From: Camelus dromedarius
Taxonomy: Eukaryota
Reading direction: 5' to 3'
NCBI RefSeq assembly: GCF_036321535.1
Contig: NC_087437.1
Span: forward strand, 114,578,001-114,642,000
DNA: 64,000 nucleotides
A model generated the notes under the pieces. It searched no databases, was not told the origin of the DNA, and was given only the letters and a program-made list of their open reading frames with translations. This document shows, one piece after another, positions 14,046 to 26,247 of the stretch (position 1 is the first letter of the stretch; every line of letters begins with the position of its first letter). A program made the position numbers and the translations under genes.

Positions 14046-14747
14046 AACTCATGCCTGAAAAGGTGCCTCATTTTCTCCATAAGGCACCTTAAAGCCTCCT
14101 GCACTTGGGAACATGAGCAGCACTTCAGCACCGCGCCTGGGCCACATCGCACAGCAAAATCCACAACAAAAAGCACAAAAATGCCAAAAATATGGCAGTT
14201 AGTAAACCATGAAAAGGACAATTATTTACAGTATGAGAGAAGAAACAAGAAGGCAGAGTTCCCTATTTCTCAGCCTCAGCTGGAAACCTGCATGTTGGGC
14301 GAATCAAACTTTTCACCATCCTGGGCATGTCTGCAAGCGACCGTGAACGCACTAAGCAGGACTGGGGGGCGGGGGGTTTACAAACAGATTTCAGCAAGTA
14401 GGAAACTTCACACATAGGGGTCCACAAATAATGAGGACTAACTGTAGGTGCAACTCCTGATCAAGATGACTTTTTAAAGATGATCTCTTCAGGTTTTTAG
14501 AGTTACCACTGATGAGGGACTTCTTTTGCACAAGCAGGTAGTAACAAACAGGAGACAGCTCCTCCCCAGTTTCCAGAAATTGTCTGTTCTCACCATTAAC
14601 GAGATTTCAGATAATTCAATCTCTTTGACTCATAGTTTCAGGAGAACAAGCTGTCCTTTAAATCTAGTGGCTTTTGTTTCTATTCATCGATTTTCTTATG
14701 ATATTACAAATGGATTTTAAATCCAATCAAGCTTTTCCATTCCAAAT

Positions 14748-15050
14748 CAGCACTCTCCAGAAGAAAGAATGTGAGCCACAAAAGCTCATATAACTTTAAA
14801 TTTCGTAGTAGCTACGTTCAAGTAAAAACCAACGGGTGAAATTCATGCTAACATTTTATTTAACCCAACACAACCAAAATACCATCACTGCAACATGTAA
14901 TGAGAATAAAAAATCACAGTGAGATCATTTACAATTTTTTGTACTAAGTCTTTGAAATTTTAACATGGATGCCACATCTCAGTGCAGACCAGCTATATTT
15001 CAAGTGTTTGATAACCACGTGCGGTCATGACTGCCATACTAGACAGCATA
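14748..15050. mobile_element. hAT-Charlie MITE (MER33-like)
   Basis: cagcactctccag...ttttatttaaccca...gccacatctcag...ctagacagc resembles MER33/MER3. Confidence 0.65.
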
Positions 15051-15204
15051 GTTTTATTTCAAAATAATGATGCAGTCCTTCCTGAAGCATGTGACGATAC
15101 TACTCTGCTAACTGTATAATTCTTCTTTAGGACTCAGTTTATAAGACTGACTAGTGACTGCTAGTACACAATTTCTAAACTCTAAAAAAAATTTTTTAAA
15201 TGTC

Positions 15205-15285
15205 CTTTTATTTTTTAAATAGAGGTACTGGGGACCTCACTCATGCAAAGCTCATGCTCTACCACTGAGCTGGACCCCCCCCCCC
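15205..15285 (-). mobile_element. tRNA-derived SINE (Vic-1-like), internally deleted
   Basis: gaggtactgggg...catgctctaccactgagc. Confidence 0.8.
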
Positions 15286-15394
15286 AGCCCCTCAACTCTT
15301 TTTTAAAAGCTGAGTTTCTGCTTTCAATGCACAAACATTTTCATTATACATTTATATATGTACACTATAAACCAAAATTTCAGAAGCAAAGAAC

Positions 15395-15790
15395 TGATTG
15401 AAATAAAGAGGCATTTATTTGAGGTTTGTTTGGACTGCGGCCTGGGAGAGATTCAAAATGCACTTGAATTGTGTTCCACTGGACTACAAAAAGGAGGAGG
15501 TTTATAAAGGCAAAAAAAGTAAGGCCACAGTTAGTTACACAAACTGACAAGAATTATGAATGGAACTGGGAAAAAGTGAGATTGCTTATTAAGCAAGGAC
15601 AGTTTGGGGTGAATGGTTACAAAGTTACAAGGGGGAACCTTGAGACCATGAGGTTGTAGCCAGCAGATGTGCCCTTAGGTTTGGTACATTTCAGAAAGTT
15701 CAGGTTCTCAGGGGTGTGGGGACGTGTCTGAGACCAGGTCCTCAATGGCCTCTCTTTACCATTTTGTATGCCTGAGCTATGATTCATCAA
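15395..15790 (-). mobile_element. Probable ERV solo LTR
   Basis: Begins tgattg and ends ttcatca; minus-strand AATAAA and LTR-like layout; family not identified. Confidence 0.4.
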
Positions 15791-15987
15791 TTATGATTTC
15801 AACCTGTCATCAACACACCCACATATAAAGTATATTTTCATACAGTCCCTGAAATATTCTTTCAGTTCAAGTGTTCAAATGCCAATTAACAAAAACAAAA
15901 ACTAGAGTTGACCCAATCTTTACCTAATGATTGACTTCAGATTATTTTTGGACTGTCAGTCTGGGGATTCAGATGACTTTCCAGCTC

Positions 15988-16500
15988 GTAGTAGCCAGCC
16001 AAGACTGTCACCTGACCCCTGCCTCTTATTCATTGCCCTTTGTAGGCTCCTCCCACATGAGATCAGAGTTGGCCTATGTGACTGACAGACACGGCAAAGC
16101 AATGTTACGTTACTTGTGAGACTAGGTCATAAAAGACACTTTGGCTTCTGTCTTTCTCAGTGTCCCCTGGATCGCTCGCTCTGGAGGAAGTCAGCTGCCA
16201 TATTTTGAGGATGCCCAAGCAGGCTGTGGAGAGGTCCACTTGGCTAAGAACTGAAGCCTCCAACCAAGAGCCATATGAGTCAGCCACCTTGGAAGGGGTC
16301 CTCCGGCCGCAGACAAGCCTTCAGAGGGCTGCAGCCCCGACGGGCATCCACCTGCCTCCTCATGAGCCTTGAGCCCGAACTACCAGGCTAACCCATGCCC
16401 AAATTCCTGATCTACAGAAACTATGGAAAAACAAATGTTTCTTGATTTAAACCACTAAGTTCTAGAGTAATTTGTTATGCAACAGTAAGCTTCTAATACA
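15988..16500 (+). mobile_element. MaLR solo LTR (MLT1F-like)
   Basis: gagactaggtcataaaag...tctggaggaagtcagctgccat...ttgttatgcaac...ctaataca. Confidence 0.75.
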
Positions 16501-16924
16501 CAGCTTCCATCTTACAATTAAAATTGGTAAAGGGGAACTTATCTGTAATATTCTGTTTATATCTAAATTATTTAAGGGATTGGAGACTTTTACAGCTTCA
16601 GAAATCTGCTATTTCAAAAAATATGTATATTTTACATCAGCCACTTAACACTTTAAATAATTTTTAATTAAGCATAGATGAGTAAAACAGAATATTGAGA
16701 TGTTTTATTAATTAAAATTCTGAAAAACTGCCAATATTTGCATTTATATGTAGTTTTGAATAACTGATTTCTAAAGCCACAAAGTCTATAATGGATTTAT
16801 TGTATCAATTTTACTATGTTCAATTAATACCTTTAGAAATAAATATTTCTATGAACTATACGCTCATTATAAAATTCCATCAAAAATCAGACTTGCTAAA
16901 TGTGAAGTCCAAAAGCTAATAATA

Positions 16925-17240
16925 CACTACAACATAAATAAACCTTGAAACAGAATGATATAAGTAAAAGAAGTCAGTCACAAAAGAACACATATCTTAT
17001 GATTCCATTCATCTGAAATGTTCAGAATAGTCACATTACAGACAGAAATTAGGTTAGTGGTTGCCTAGGGCTGGGGGAATGGATGTAACTACTAATGCGT
17101 ATGGGGTCATTTGGGGCTCATGACAGTATTCTAAAATTGTGGTGATGGTTGCACAATTCTGGGAACATACTAAAACCATTGAATCGTACACTTCAAATGG
17201 GTCCATTATTCAGTACGTGAATTATCTCTTAATAAAGCTG
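16925..17240 (+). mobile_element. L1MB-like 3' end
   Basis: aaaccttgaaa...tatgattccattcatctgaaatgttcagaatag...gtgaattatctcttaataaagc. Confidence 0.8.
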
Positions 17241-17863
17241 GGGTTTTTTTTAAGGGTAAGTTCAAAGAACAGGAGTCGCTAAATAGCAGAGGGTAAATGT
17301 ATCTTTTGACAGCAGCACAAAGATTCTTTCCCAAGGAATACAATGTCTCTGGAAAATGGTTGCTAAAGAATCCTCTCTTCTATAGACCACTGATAATTCG
17401 GTGTACCCATCACCAGCTGAAACAGAGAGGAGCAGAAAGCAGTGAAAGTGTGCCTACCTAGATGTTTTTAAAAAAGTCCACTTTCAAAAGGGGTCCCCCA
17501 AGCTTGGCTCTACAGTGTAGCAAGCCTCGTGTTAGTGCTGAGAGCTTAAGATTAAAGACAGAATCTTTAATTAAAGATTTAGCTATCTTTTTTTTTAAGA
17601 CAGGAAGGGACAAAGGGAAGAGAAAGTTAACAATCCAATCAAGTTCTCTTTAGAGGCACTTAATACCAGATAACAAAAATAGTAAATCTATCATATGTAA
17701 TTTCTATGATGATAGAAAAAAAGTGTGACTATAGGAACAAATTATAGCAAAATAAAATTAAATGTTATATATGTAGGCAAGAATCCTTATTCGTGATGAA
17801 CAAGTGGGGACAAAGCCGTTGATTAGACTAACTGAAATGAATCAACAGAAAGGTTAAAGATTC

Positions 17864-18294
17864 TGTGGCAGGTTGGATAGTGTTCCAGCAAAATTCGTGT
17901 CCTCCCACAACCTCAGAATGTGACTCTATTTGGAAAAAATGCTTTGCAGATGTAATTAGTTAAGATGAGGTCATGCTGGATTAGGGCAGATCCTAAATCC
18001 AATGACTAGTGCCCCTTGAAGAAGGGGAGAGGACACACAGAGACACATATGAGGGTGGAGGCAGAGATTGGCGGGACGCTGACGTCAGCCAAGGAAATCC
18101 AAGGACTGCTGGCAACAAGCAGAAGCTGGAAGAGGCAAGGAAGGGTTCTTTGCTAGAGCTTTAAGAGAGAATATGGTCCTGCCAACATCTTGATACAGGA
18201 CTTCTGGCTTCCAGAACTGTGAGAAAGTAAATTCCTGTTGTTTTAAGCCACACGTTTTTTGGTACTTTGTTATGGCAGCCCCAGGTAAGATACA
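17864..18294 (+). mobile_element. MaLR solo LTR (MLT1C-like)
   Basis: acctcagaatgtgactctatttgga...gttaagatgaggtca...ttgttatggcagcccc. Confidence 0.8.
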
Positions 18295-18650
18295 GATGGC
18301 ATGAAGTGTAGCCAGGAGACCACCAGAGGGCACTGTCTTCTGCCACATACTACATACTTAAATTTGGGTGCAAATAATTACTGAGGTTTACAGAGAAAGG
18401 CATATAAACAGTGTTCAAATATAATTTAAACATGTGTACATTTTCAGTGATGGTAAACAAGCTAAAATTTATCACTTCAAATAATTTGCAACCATTATTG
18501 TCTTGTTAGGTAATTTGTGACCTTTGCAACAACTTGGCTGGCAGCTGCTTTTAAGGAACATCCTTGTCTGGCCATCATTTCACACCCACAGGAAGTTATC
18601 TGTAGGATAAATTACCCCAACAATTTCCCTTCCAGGAAGAGGTGTGTATT

Positions 18651-18796
18651 ATTTTTATGTTGGATGAAGTTTGGGTACGTGGGTAGGGGCGCAGTGGTAA
18701 TTAGGCTTTTTTTTTTTAATGGAGATACTGGGGATTGAAACTAGGATCTCATGCATGCTAAGCACACACTCCATCACTGAGCTATAGCCTCCCCCC
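18651..18796 (-). mobile_element. tRNA-derived SINE (Vic-1-like, long-tail form)
   Basis: ggagatactggggattgaa...ctgagctatagcctcccc; TSD gaggtgtgtatt / gaggtatgtatt. Confidence 0.85.
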
Positions 18797-19244
18797 TTAG
18801 GAGGTATGTATTTTTAATTGCAATAGATAGGACCTAATTACTCTCCAAGGAAGTAATACTTATTACTCATGAGGAAAGAATAAGAATGGCTGGTTTCCCA
18901 GCCTTGGCAATACTGTTCCAGAGCAAGCAGGGACGCCCTTCGACCCACACTTCCCGCCTTGCCAGCTTGGGTGCTTTACCGGCCTCCCAGGAACCCTTCC
19001 CCAGCCGAGCACAGGCGTGGCTGATTCCCCTTCCGGGCAAGGAGCCCAGCTTTTCAGATTCACACTGAAACCGGTTCACACCACATCTGCAGGAAGAATG
19101 TCTTGCTCCAAGTCAGCAGTGTTTACAATAAGCAGCACCGCTTTCCCCTGGATCACCATGAACACAGAGGCTACAAACCAGGTCCAGGGCGCCAAAGGGA
19201 CAGACACCATGGTGGCCTCAAGAATAGCCCTCTTACTCACATGT

Positions 19245-20655
19245 GTACATTCGACTCATCTTTGACAAGAATACTCACTGGAGAAAAGACAGTCTCTTCA
19301 ATACACAGTGCTGGGAAAACTGATTATTCACATGTTTTTGAAAAATGAAACTAGACTCCTAGCTTACACCACTCACAAAAATTAGCTCGAAATGGATAAG
19401 GCTTAAATGTAAGCCTGGAAGCCATAAAACTCCTAGAAGAAAACATAAGAAAAAAAGCTCCCTGACATGAGTCTTGGCAGTGATTTTTTTTTTGGATTTG
19501 ACACCTAAAGCATAAGCAATAAAATAAAAACTAAGCCAGTGTGACTACATCAAACTAAAAAGCTCCTGCACAGCAGAGGAAACCAACAACAAAATGAAAC
19601 CTACAAAATGGAAAAGAAATTTGCAAACCATGTCTCTTATAAGGGGTTAAAATCAAAATATGTAAAGAACTCATACAACTCAAGAGCCAAAAACAAATTA
19701 TCCAATTTAAAAATGGGCAAAGGGCCTGAATAGACATTTTCCCCAAAAAAAGATACACAAGTGATCAACAGGTACATGAAAAGGTGCTTCACATCACTAA
19801 TTATCAAGAAAGTGCAAATCAAGATCATGAGCTATCACATCACATGGGTTGGATGTCTATCATCCAGGATGCAAGAGATAACAAATGTGGAGAGAGGGAA
19901 CCCTGTGCACTGTCGGTGGGAATGTAAATTGGTGCAGCCACTATGCAAAACAGTACAGAGGTTCCTTTAAAAATTAAAAATAGAACTACCATATGATCCG
20001 GTAAATCTACTTCTGGGTATTAATCCAAAGAAAATGAAAACATTATCTCAAAGAGATGTGTGCACCCCTATGTTCATGGCGGTACTATTTACAACAGTCA
20101 AGACATGGAAACAACCTAAGTGTCCACTGATGGATGAATGAATAAAGAAACTGTGGTATATGTTCAGTGGGATATCATTCAGCCATGAAAAAGAAGGAAA
20201 TCTTGTTATCTGTAATAACAACAACTTTGAGGGCATCATGCTAAGTGACATAAATCAGAAAGAGAAAGAAAAATCTCATGGAGGATGTCATATGTGGAAT
20301 CTAAAAAAAAACAGATGCATAGAAATAGAACAGATGGTGGTTGCCAGTTGGGGGGTGGGAGGGAATGATGGAGGGGGTCAAAATGTACAAACTTCCAGGT
20401 ATAAGATAAGTAAGCAGTGAGACATAATACACAGCCTGGTGACTGTAGTCAGTACTGTATTATACGTCTGAAAGTTGCTCAGGGCGTAAATTTTAAAAGG
20501 GCTCATCTCAAGAAGAAAAATGTGTAACCATGTGAGGTGATGGATGTTAACTAAATTTAGTGTGGTGATCACTGCAATATATCAATCAAATCGTTGTATT
20601 GGACACCTTAAACTTATGTTGTTTGTGCATTATATCTCAAAGCTGGGGAAAAAAT
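19245..20655 (+). mobile_element. L1 (L1MA-like) 3' portion
   Basis: ORF2 remnants ([19 protein letters not shown]) plus L1MA-type 3' UTR. Confidence 0.9.
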
Positions 20656-20924
20656 ATAATGACCCTCCTGGATGGTTTAATAGTAATATGACATGAATGG
20701 ACCTGCTAGTGGTTCTAACCTTGGTACAAGTCAAGACAGTGATGCAGTAGAAAGAAGATTAAACTGGTACCTTGAAGACTTGCTTCCATCCCCATTCAGG
20801 CATCGACATGCAGCATGAACACTCATGTGCAAAATAACTGAGTTGGACCAGATGATTTCTGAGATCCCTAACAATAATCCTGCTTTAAGAAGTACTATAA
20901 ACATGTCCACGGCAGTTGCAGCAT

Positions 20925-21362
20925 CATTCACAAGAGCCCTGAGGCACAAGCAAACTAAGTAGCCACTGACAGACAAAAGGATAAAGAAACATGGACTGTA
21001 CCTACAGAGGAATATTACTCAGCCTTGAGAATGGGAATCCTATCCTACGCTGCAACCTGGGTGAGCCTTGAGGGCATTATGTTAAATGAAATAAGCCAGT
21101 CAAAGAAATACTGTGTGATTCCCACTGGGAGGTGTCTAAAGGGGTCAAATTCAGAAAAGCAAAGTAGAATGTGGTTGCTGGGGGCTGGAGAGAGGGGGAC
21201 TTGGGGAGTTTTGGGTCAAGGGGAAGAGTGTCAGTTATGCAAGGTGAGAAAGTTCTAGAGATCTTTCACAATGATAGGCACATAGTTAACACCGCTGTAT
21301 TGCACACTTAAAAGTGGTTAAGATGGTATGTTTTATGTTACGTGTTCCTTACCACAATAAAG
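20925..21362 (+). mobile_element. L1MA-like 3' end
   Basis: ggaatattactcagccttg...acacttaaaagtggttaagatggt...ccacaataa. Confidence 0.8.
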
Positions 21363-21964
21363 GATAGCCAGCCCACACCTGCTTGCCCTGCCTCCTCTCT
21401 GACTAGGTAAGCCCTGCTGGGACCTTGGATGGCCCCGTGCTCTGCACTCAGATGTGCGGCACAGGGAACAGGAGGGTGGGATGGCAGCGAAGTCGAGATT
21501 TGCCTTCTCCCCGCCACCCTCCATGGCACTCCCAGCCCCATGGTTCTGACCCTGAACTACTGTATTTTCCACCCCCAGGAAGGGCAGGGGCTGAAGAACT
21601 GGGGATGAATAAGAGGCAGAGGGCAGCTGCCATCTGTCTGTTGACCTCTTCATTTGGGGCAGGAGCCTGACCTTAACCTTGCTTCCAGGAAGACAACGGA
21701 CCCCATCCCTGCTCGGGCCCGCCTTCAACCGCCCAAATGCCCTGAGGAGTACGGAGTCCAGAGTGCTTCCTTTACGGAAGGACGGGAGACGGGTTTTCCT
21801 GTCTGCACCTCTGCCCTCATGGTCAGCTGCCCCTAGAGAAGAAGTGATGGCTGAGTCATGGCTGTACTCAGCACCCCTCCCGTTATCCGCAAGGACCTGA
21901 GTAAGGGCTGTAAGCAACGACTGTGGTTGTAGATGACCATCCGCTCCCCCGCACTCCTGTCCAG

Positions 21965-22140
21965 CACTTGCCAGTACTGCTCTAAGCACTTTTATAATGT
22001 CAACTCATTTAATCCTTACCAAATCCATAAGAGTGAAGCACTATAATTACTCCCATCTTACAAACGAGCAAACGGAGGCACTGAGAGGTTGAGAACCTTA
22101 CCCAAGACCACACAGTCTGTAAGCAGCAGAGCTAGGAGCA
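21965..22140 (-). mobile_element. MIR
   Basis: ctcatttaatcctt...cccatcttacaaacgagcaaacggaggcactgagaggtt...cccaagaccacacag. Confidence 0.75.
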
Positions 22141-22739
22141 ACTCCATGGGGAGCTTTCCCCCTGTCTGTTCTCTCTTGTTCACACGCCTGGAACCTAACA
22201 GGTGCTCAAATACTCACTGGAGGACGTGGATGAAGGAATGCCATGGACGTCCAGTGCCCCAGATGGCAACACATCTTTTGGACAAGAGCCCAGAACATAC
22301 CATGTTGCTGGTGAATGCTTTGCTTCGAAACCTAATGATTTAGGAAACACAAAGGGATGGTAGCCTCACTGAGTGAGAGCAAAGCCAGCTGAAATAGTAT
22401 CACAGTTATCAAAACCCGTCAGAACCCATGACTTGTGAACAGGTGCGCAGAGCTGTTTAGATGGCTGGAATTTGGATCGGACACAAGACCTTACTCGTCA
22501 CTTCTGCTCTGGTCCACCAAACAGATCAGATTTTCTAGGAGAGGAATGTGTCAAGCAGATTTTCCCCGTTAATTCATTTCTGCTCAACCCTCTGGAAAGT
22601 ATCAGTTTTCTTCCTCAAAGCCATTTTTTTCTTAAGATTTGTTCACAATTCAAATTCTTTGTGGGATGCTGTGCTGGGCACAGGTGAAGGGCATTTTCAC
22701 TCAGTCCTCGAGGCGAGGGGGGACTCCTCTGTGTTATCT

Positions 22740-23265
22740 GTACCAGTTTCTGGTTGCTGCCGTAACAAATTACCACACATTTCATGGCTTAAGACAACAC
22801 AAATTTATCAATTTACAATTCCAGAGGTCAGAAGTCCTAAAGTCAAGATGTCAACAGAGCTGTGCTCTTTCTGAAGGTTCTAGAGGAGAACCCATTTCCT
22901 TGTTTTTTTCCAGCTTTTGGAGGTCAGCCTCCCTGGCCCCTTCCTCCATCTTTAAAGCCAGTGATGTGAGCATCTTCAAAGCAGTCTCAATCTCAACCTC
23001 CCTCCCTCTCCTTGCTTTTGTCTCATATCCCCCTCTGCCTCTGACCTCCCTGCTTCCTTCTAATAAGAACATTTGGGGTTACATTGAGCCCGCCAAGATA
23101 ATCCCAGAATATCTTCCCATCTCAAGATCCTCAATTTAATCACATCTGCAAAATCCCCTTTGCCATACAAAGTAACATTCACAGATTCGGGGGACCAGGA
23201 TGTGGACATCTGGCAGGGGTGGGGGCGGGGGGACAATAACCGATGCCATCTCCAAACCCTTTCTT
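22740..23265 (-). mobile_element. MaLR solo LTR (MLT1C-like)
   Basis: gctgccgtaacaaattaccac...tccagaggtcagaagtc...aatcacatctgcaaaatccc...gtaacattcacag. Confidence 0.8.
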
Positions 23266-23344
23266 CTCTTTTCTCGGAAAAATCCCAGCTCTTTTTTGAA
23301 GATTGTATCACTTTTAACCAATTAACTCTCCTCATTATATAACC

Positions 23345-23700
23345 CAATGGCTCCCAACCTTTGCTGCATTTTGGAATCACTAGAGAGATTTTAAAACTCC
23401 CAGTGATTGGGTCACACCCCAGAACAATTAAATCACAGTGTTTGGGGACAGAGCCACTTTTTTAAAGATCCCCAGGGGATTTTAACATGAAAAATTTGGG
23501 AATGACTGATATGAGCAACAGACTTTCCCCCAACCACCCTACATGCCCCTTCATTGATAATTTGTGGGGCCCAGTGCAAAATGAAAATAGGGACCCTTCC
23601 TCGCACGCACATGCGTGTACACACACACAACACACACACACACACACACAAATCAAGAATTTCAGAGCAGTGACAGCAGGGAGCGCACACCTTGAGGCCA
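23345..23700. mobile_element. MER5-like and MER45-like DNA-transposon fragments with (CA)n
   Basis: tggctcccaacc...ggaatcac...ccccagaacaattaaatca; ataatttgtggggcccagtgcaaaatgaaaat. Confidence 0.55.
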
Positions 23701-24183
23701 GCACTTTGCTCAATATCTCCTTCCCTCCACGCCTGTCCTTACCTAGGAGGTCAGTAGCCACATGCAGGATCCATCCAGTATCCCTTGACCTCCTTCACAC
23801 CAACACAATTTCCCTGTCCCCTTCATGCGGTTCATCCCTGCAACTCTGAGACCCCAATCTCAAAGCATCCCACACTGACCCCCAAGACCCAGATCGGCTC
23901 CAGTCTCCAGCCTTCCCCTCCAGGGCTGCCCTCTGTTCCGTCAACTCTACTGTTTCCCCCTTATTATGAATCTCTGAACTCCTAGTGTCCTTACTTCTGA
24001 CCTTAGAGGCCACAGCCCTACACTACAATCTGTTCTTTGCAAACACCTTTCACTGTGTTGTGTGACCCTGGCAAAACACTAGCCCTCCAACTTCACTGGT
24101 TGCACTGGGGGCCAGACGATGCTGGGGGGGAATTGCAAGAGGCTGTTGGTGCTGTCTTGACATTTATAACCACAGGTCTCAAA

Positions 24184-24957
24184 AATGCTGGAGAGGCTGT
24201 GGAGAAAAGGGAACCCTCCTATACTACTGGTGGGAATGCAGTTTGGTGCAGCCACTGTGGAAAACAGTATGGAGATTCCTCAAAAGACTAGGAATAGACT
24301 TACCATATGACCCAGAAATCCCACTCCTGGGCATATATCCAGAAGGAACCCTACTTCAGGATGACACCTGCACTCCAGTGTTCATAGCAGCACTATTTAC
24401 AATAGCCAAGACATGGAAACAGCCTAAATGTCCATCAACAGATGACTGGATAAAGAAGATGTGGCATATTTATACAATGGAATACTATTCAGCCATAAAA
24501 CGACAACATAACGCCATTTGCAGCAACATGGATATTCCTGAAGAATGTCACTCTAAGTGAAGTAAGCCAGAAGGAGAAAGAAAAATACCATATGAGATTG
24601 CTCAGATGTGGAATCTAAAAAAAAAAAAAAAAAAAAAGAAGGACCTAAATACAAAATAGAAAAGACTCATAGACATAGAATACAAACTTGTGGTTGCCAA
24701 GGGGGTGGGGGATGGGGAGGGACAGAATGGGAGTTCAAAATTTGTACATACTGACAGGCATATGTAGAATAGATAAACAAGATTATACTGTGTAGCACAG
24801 GGAAATATATACAAGATCTTGTGGTAGCTCACAATGAAAAAAAAATGACAATGAATATATGTATGTTCAGGTATAACTGAAAAATTGTGCTCTACACTGG
24901 AATTTGACACAACATTGTAAAATGACTATAATTCAATTAAAAAATGTTTTAAAAAAA
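24184..24957 (+). mobile_element. Young 5'-truncated L1 with perfect 18-bp TSD
   Basis: [23 protein letters not shown]...KMWHIYTMEYYSAIK; TSD ataaccacaggtctcaaa at 24166-24183 and 24958-24975. Confidence 0.95.
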
Positions 24958-25144
24958 ATAACCACAGGTCTCAAATGGGCCCCCAACTCTGCCCCGTGAT
25001 GCTGCCTAACTCCCTAGTAAAGTCAGTTTCCCACTCTGAAAGATGACTGTTTTCCTCAACTCTCCCAAAACATTCCTTCTTGTTAATGATCTCAAATCAC
25101 TCTCTTTCAAAGAGAAAATAATGCCCTCAAGGGAAGCCACTTAT

Positions 25145-25310
25145 GGGGGTGTATAGCTCAGTGGTAGAGAGAACACCCAGCACTCATGGGTCCTGGGTTC
25201 AATCCCCAGTACCTCCATTAAAAAAAAAAAAAAAAAAAAAACAAATCCCAGTTACGTATGCCCCTCCATAAGCTAGTTAAACAATAAAAATTAAATATTT
25301 TTTTTAAAAA
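25145..25310 (+). mobile_element. tRNA-derived SINE (Vic-1-like)
   Basis: A box TAGCTCAGTGG, B box GGTTCAATCC, poly-A, TSD agccactta. Confidence 0.88.
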
Positions 25311-25554
25311 AAGGAGAGCCACTTAATGTCCCGCAACTCAACCCACACACGCTGCCTTCCCTCCTGTACAAGAGATGCCCTGCTTCCAAGGCCAAGCCCC
25401 ATCTGAGCCCTGGACCCCATCTGCATTCACCTGCCTACACATTTTGCTCTTGAATTATTCTTTTTGTTTCTGTCGCCAGTTTTTATCTCTCTTTGACATT
25501 ACTATTGTATGAAAATATGCTTTCACCTCTCTCTCTCAGCTTTAAAAACTCTTT

Positions 25555-26240
25555 TAAAAGAATTCAAGTCATACAAAGTATGTTTCCTGACTACAACAGA
25601 ATTAAGAAATCAGTAACAGCAAGATAACTAGAAAACCCCCAAATCCTTGGAAGCTAAAAAAGATGCTTCTAAATACCCTTGGTCAAAGAAGATATCAAGA
25701 AGTATTTTAAACTGATTGAAATTGAAAACACAACATATCAATGTTTACGGGAGGCCACTAATATAGTACTTACAATGTAGCACTATATTAGAAAAGAAAG
25801 ATCTCAAATCAATCATCTCAGCTTCCGTGGTTAAAAAAATAAAAGATATTTTTGAAACTAGAAAAAGAGCAAATAAAATCCAAAGTGAGAAGAGAGGAAA
25901 CAAAGATTAGAACAGAAATAAAATCTGAAAAAAATCAAGAAAGATGTCAAAAACCAAAATCTTCTTAAGGAAACAAAAATGATAAAGTTCTAAATAGATC
26001 GGGAAAAAAGTGAGAGACACAAATTACCAATATCAGGAGTGAGAGAAGTAACATCATTACCCATAATCAGGATTGATAAGGGCACATTATGAAAAACTTC
26101 ATGTCAGGGTCAACAGCCTAGTTGAAATACACAAATTTGTTGAAAAACACGAATTAAGCTCACTCAAGAAGAAACAGAAAAGCTGAATAGCCCTGTATCT
26201 TTATTATAGAATTCCAAATAATCTTTAGGGGAAAAAAGAA
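25555..26240 (+). mobile_element. Old L1 ORF2 internal fragment
   Basis: A-rich; atacaaagtatgtttcctgactacaac...ggtcaaagaaga...agaaaagaaagatctcaaatcaat...caaattaccaatatcagga. Confidence 0.8.
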
Positions 26241-26247
26241 AATACTG

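Larger units (their letters stand above)
12276..14444 (-). mobile_element. TcMar-Tigger DNA transposon (Tigger6/MER82-like), internally deleted, with two nested insertions
   Basis: Degenerate TIRs (gagttaattctcattgttc / aaataatgaggactaactg-TA); minus-strand transposase remnants KMERWLNSWV, VIVRLKAKEIY, FLASACWL, GYVEEQVFNVNKTALFYK at 13140-13390. Confidence 0.8.

Noticed and set aside
21333..21989. 218-aa minus-strand ORF
   Set aside because: No recognisable homology, a non-ATG start within a MIR edge and an end inside an L1 3' UTR; probably a chance ORF in GC-rich DNA.
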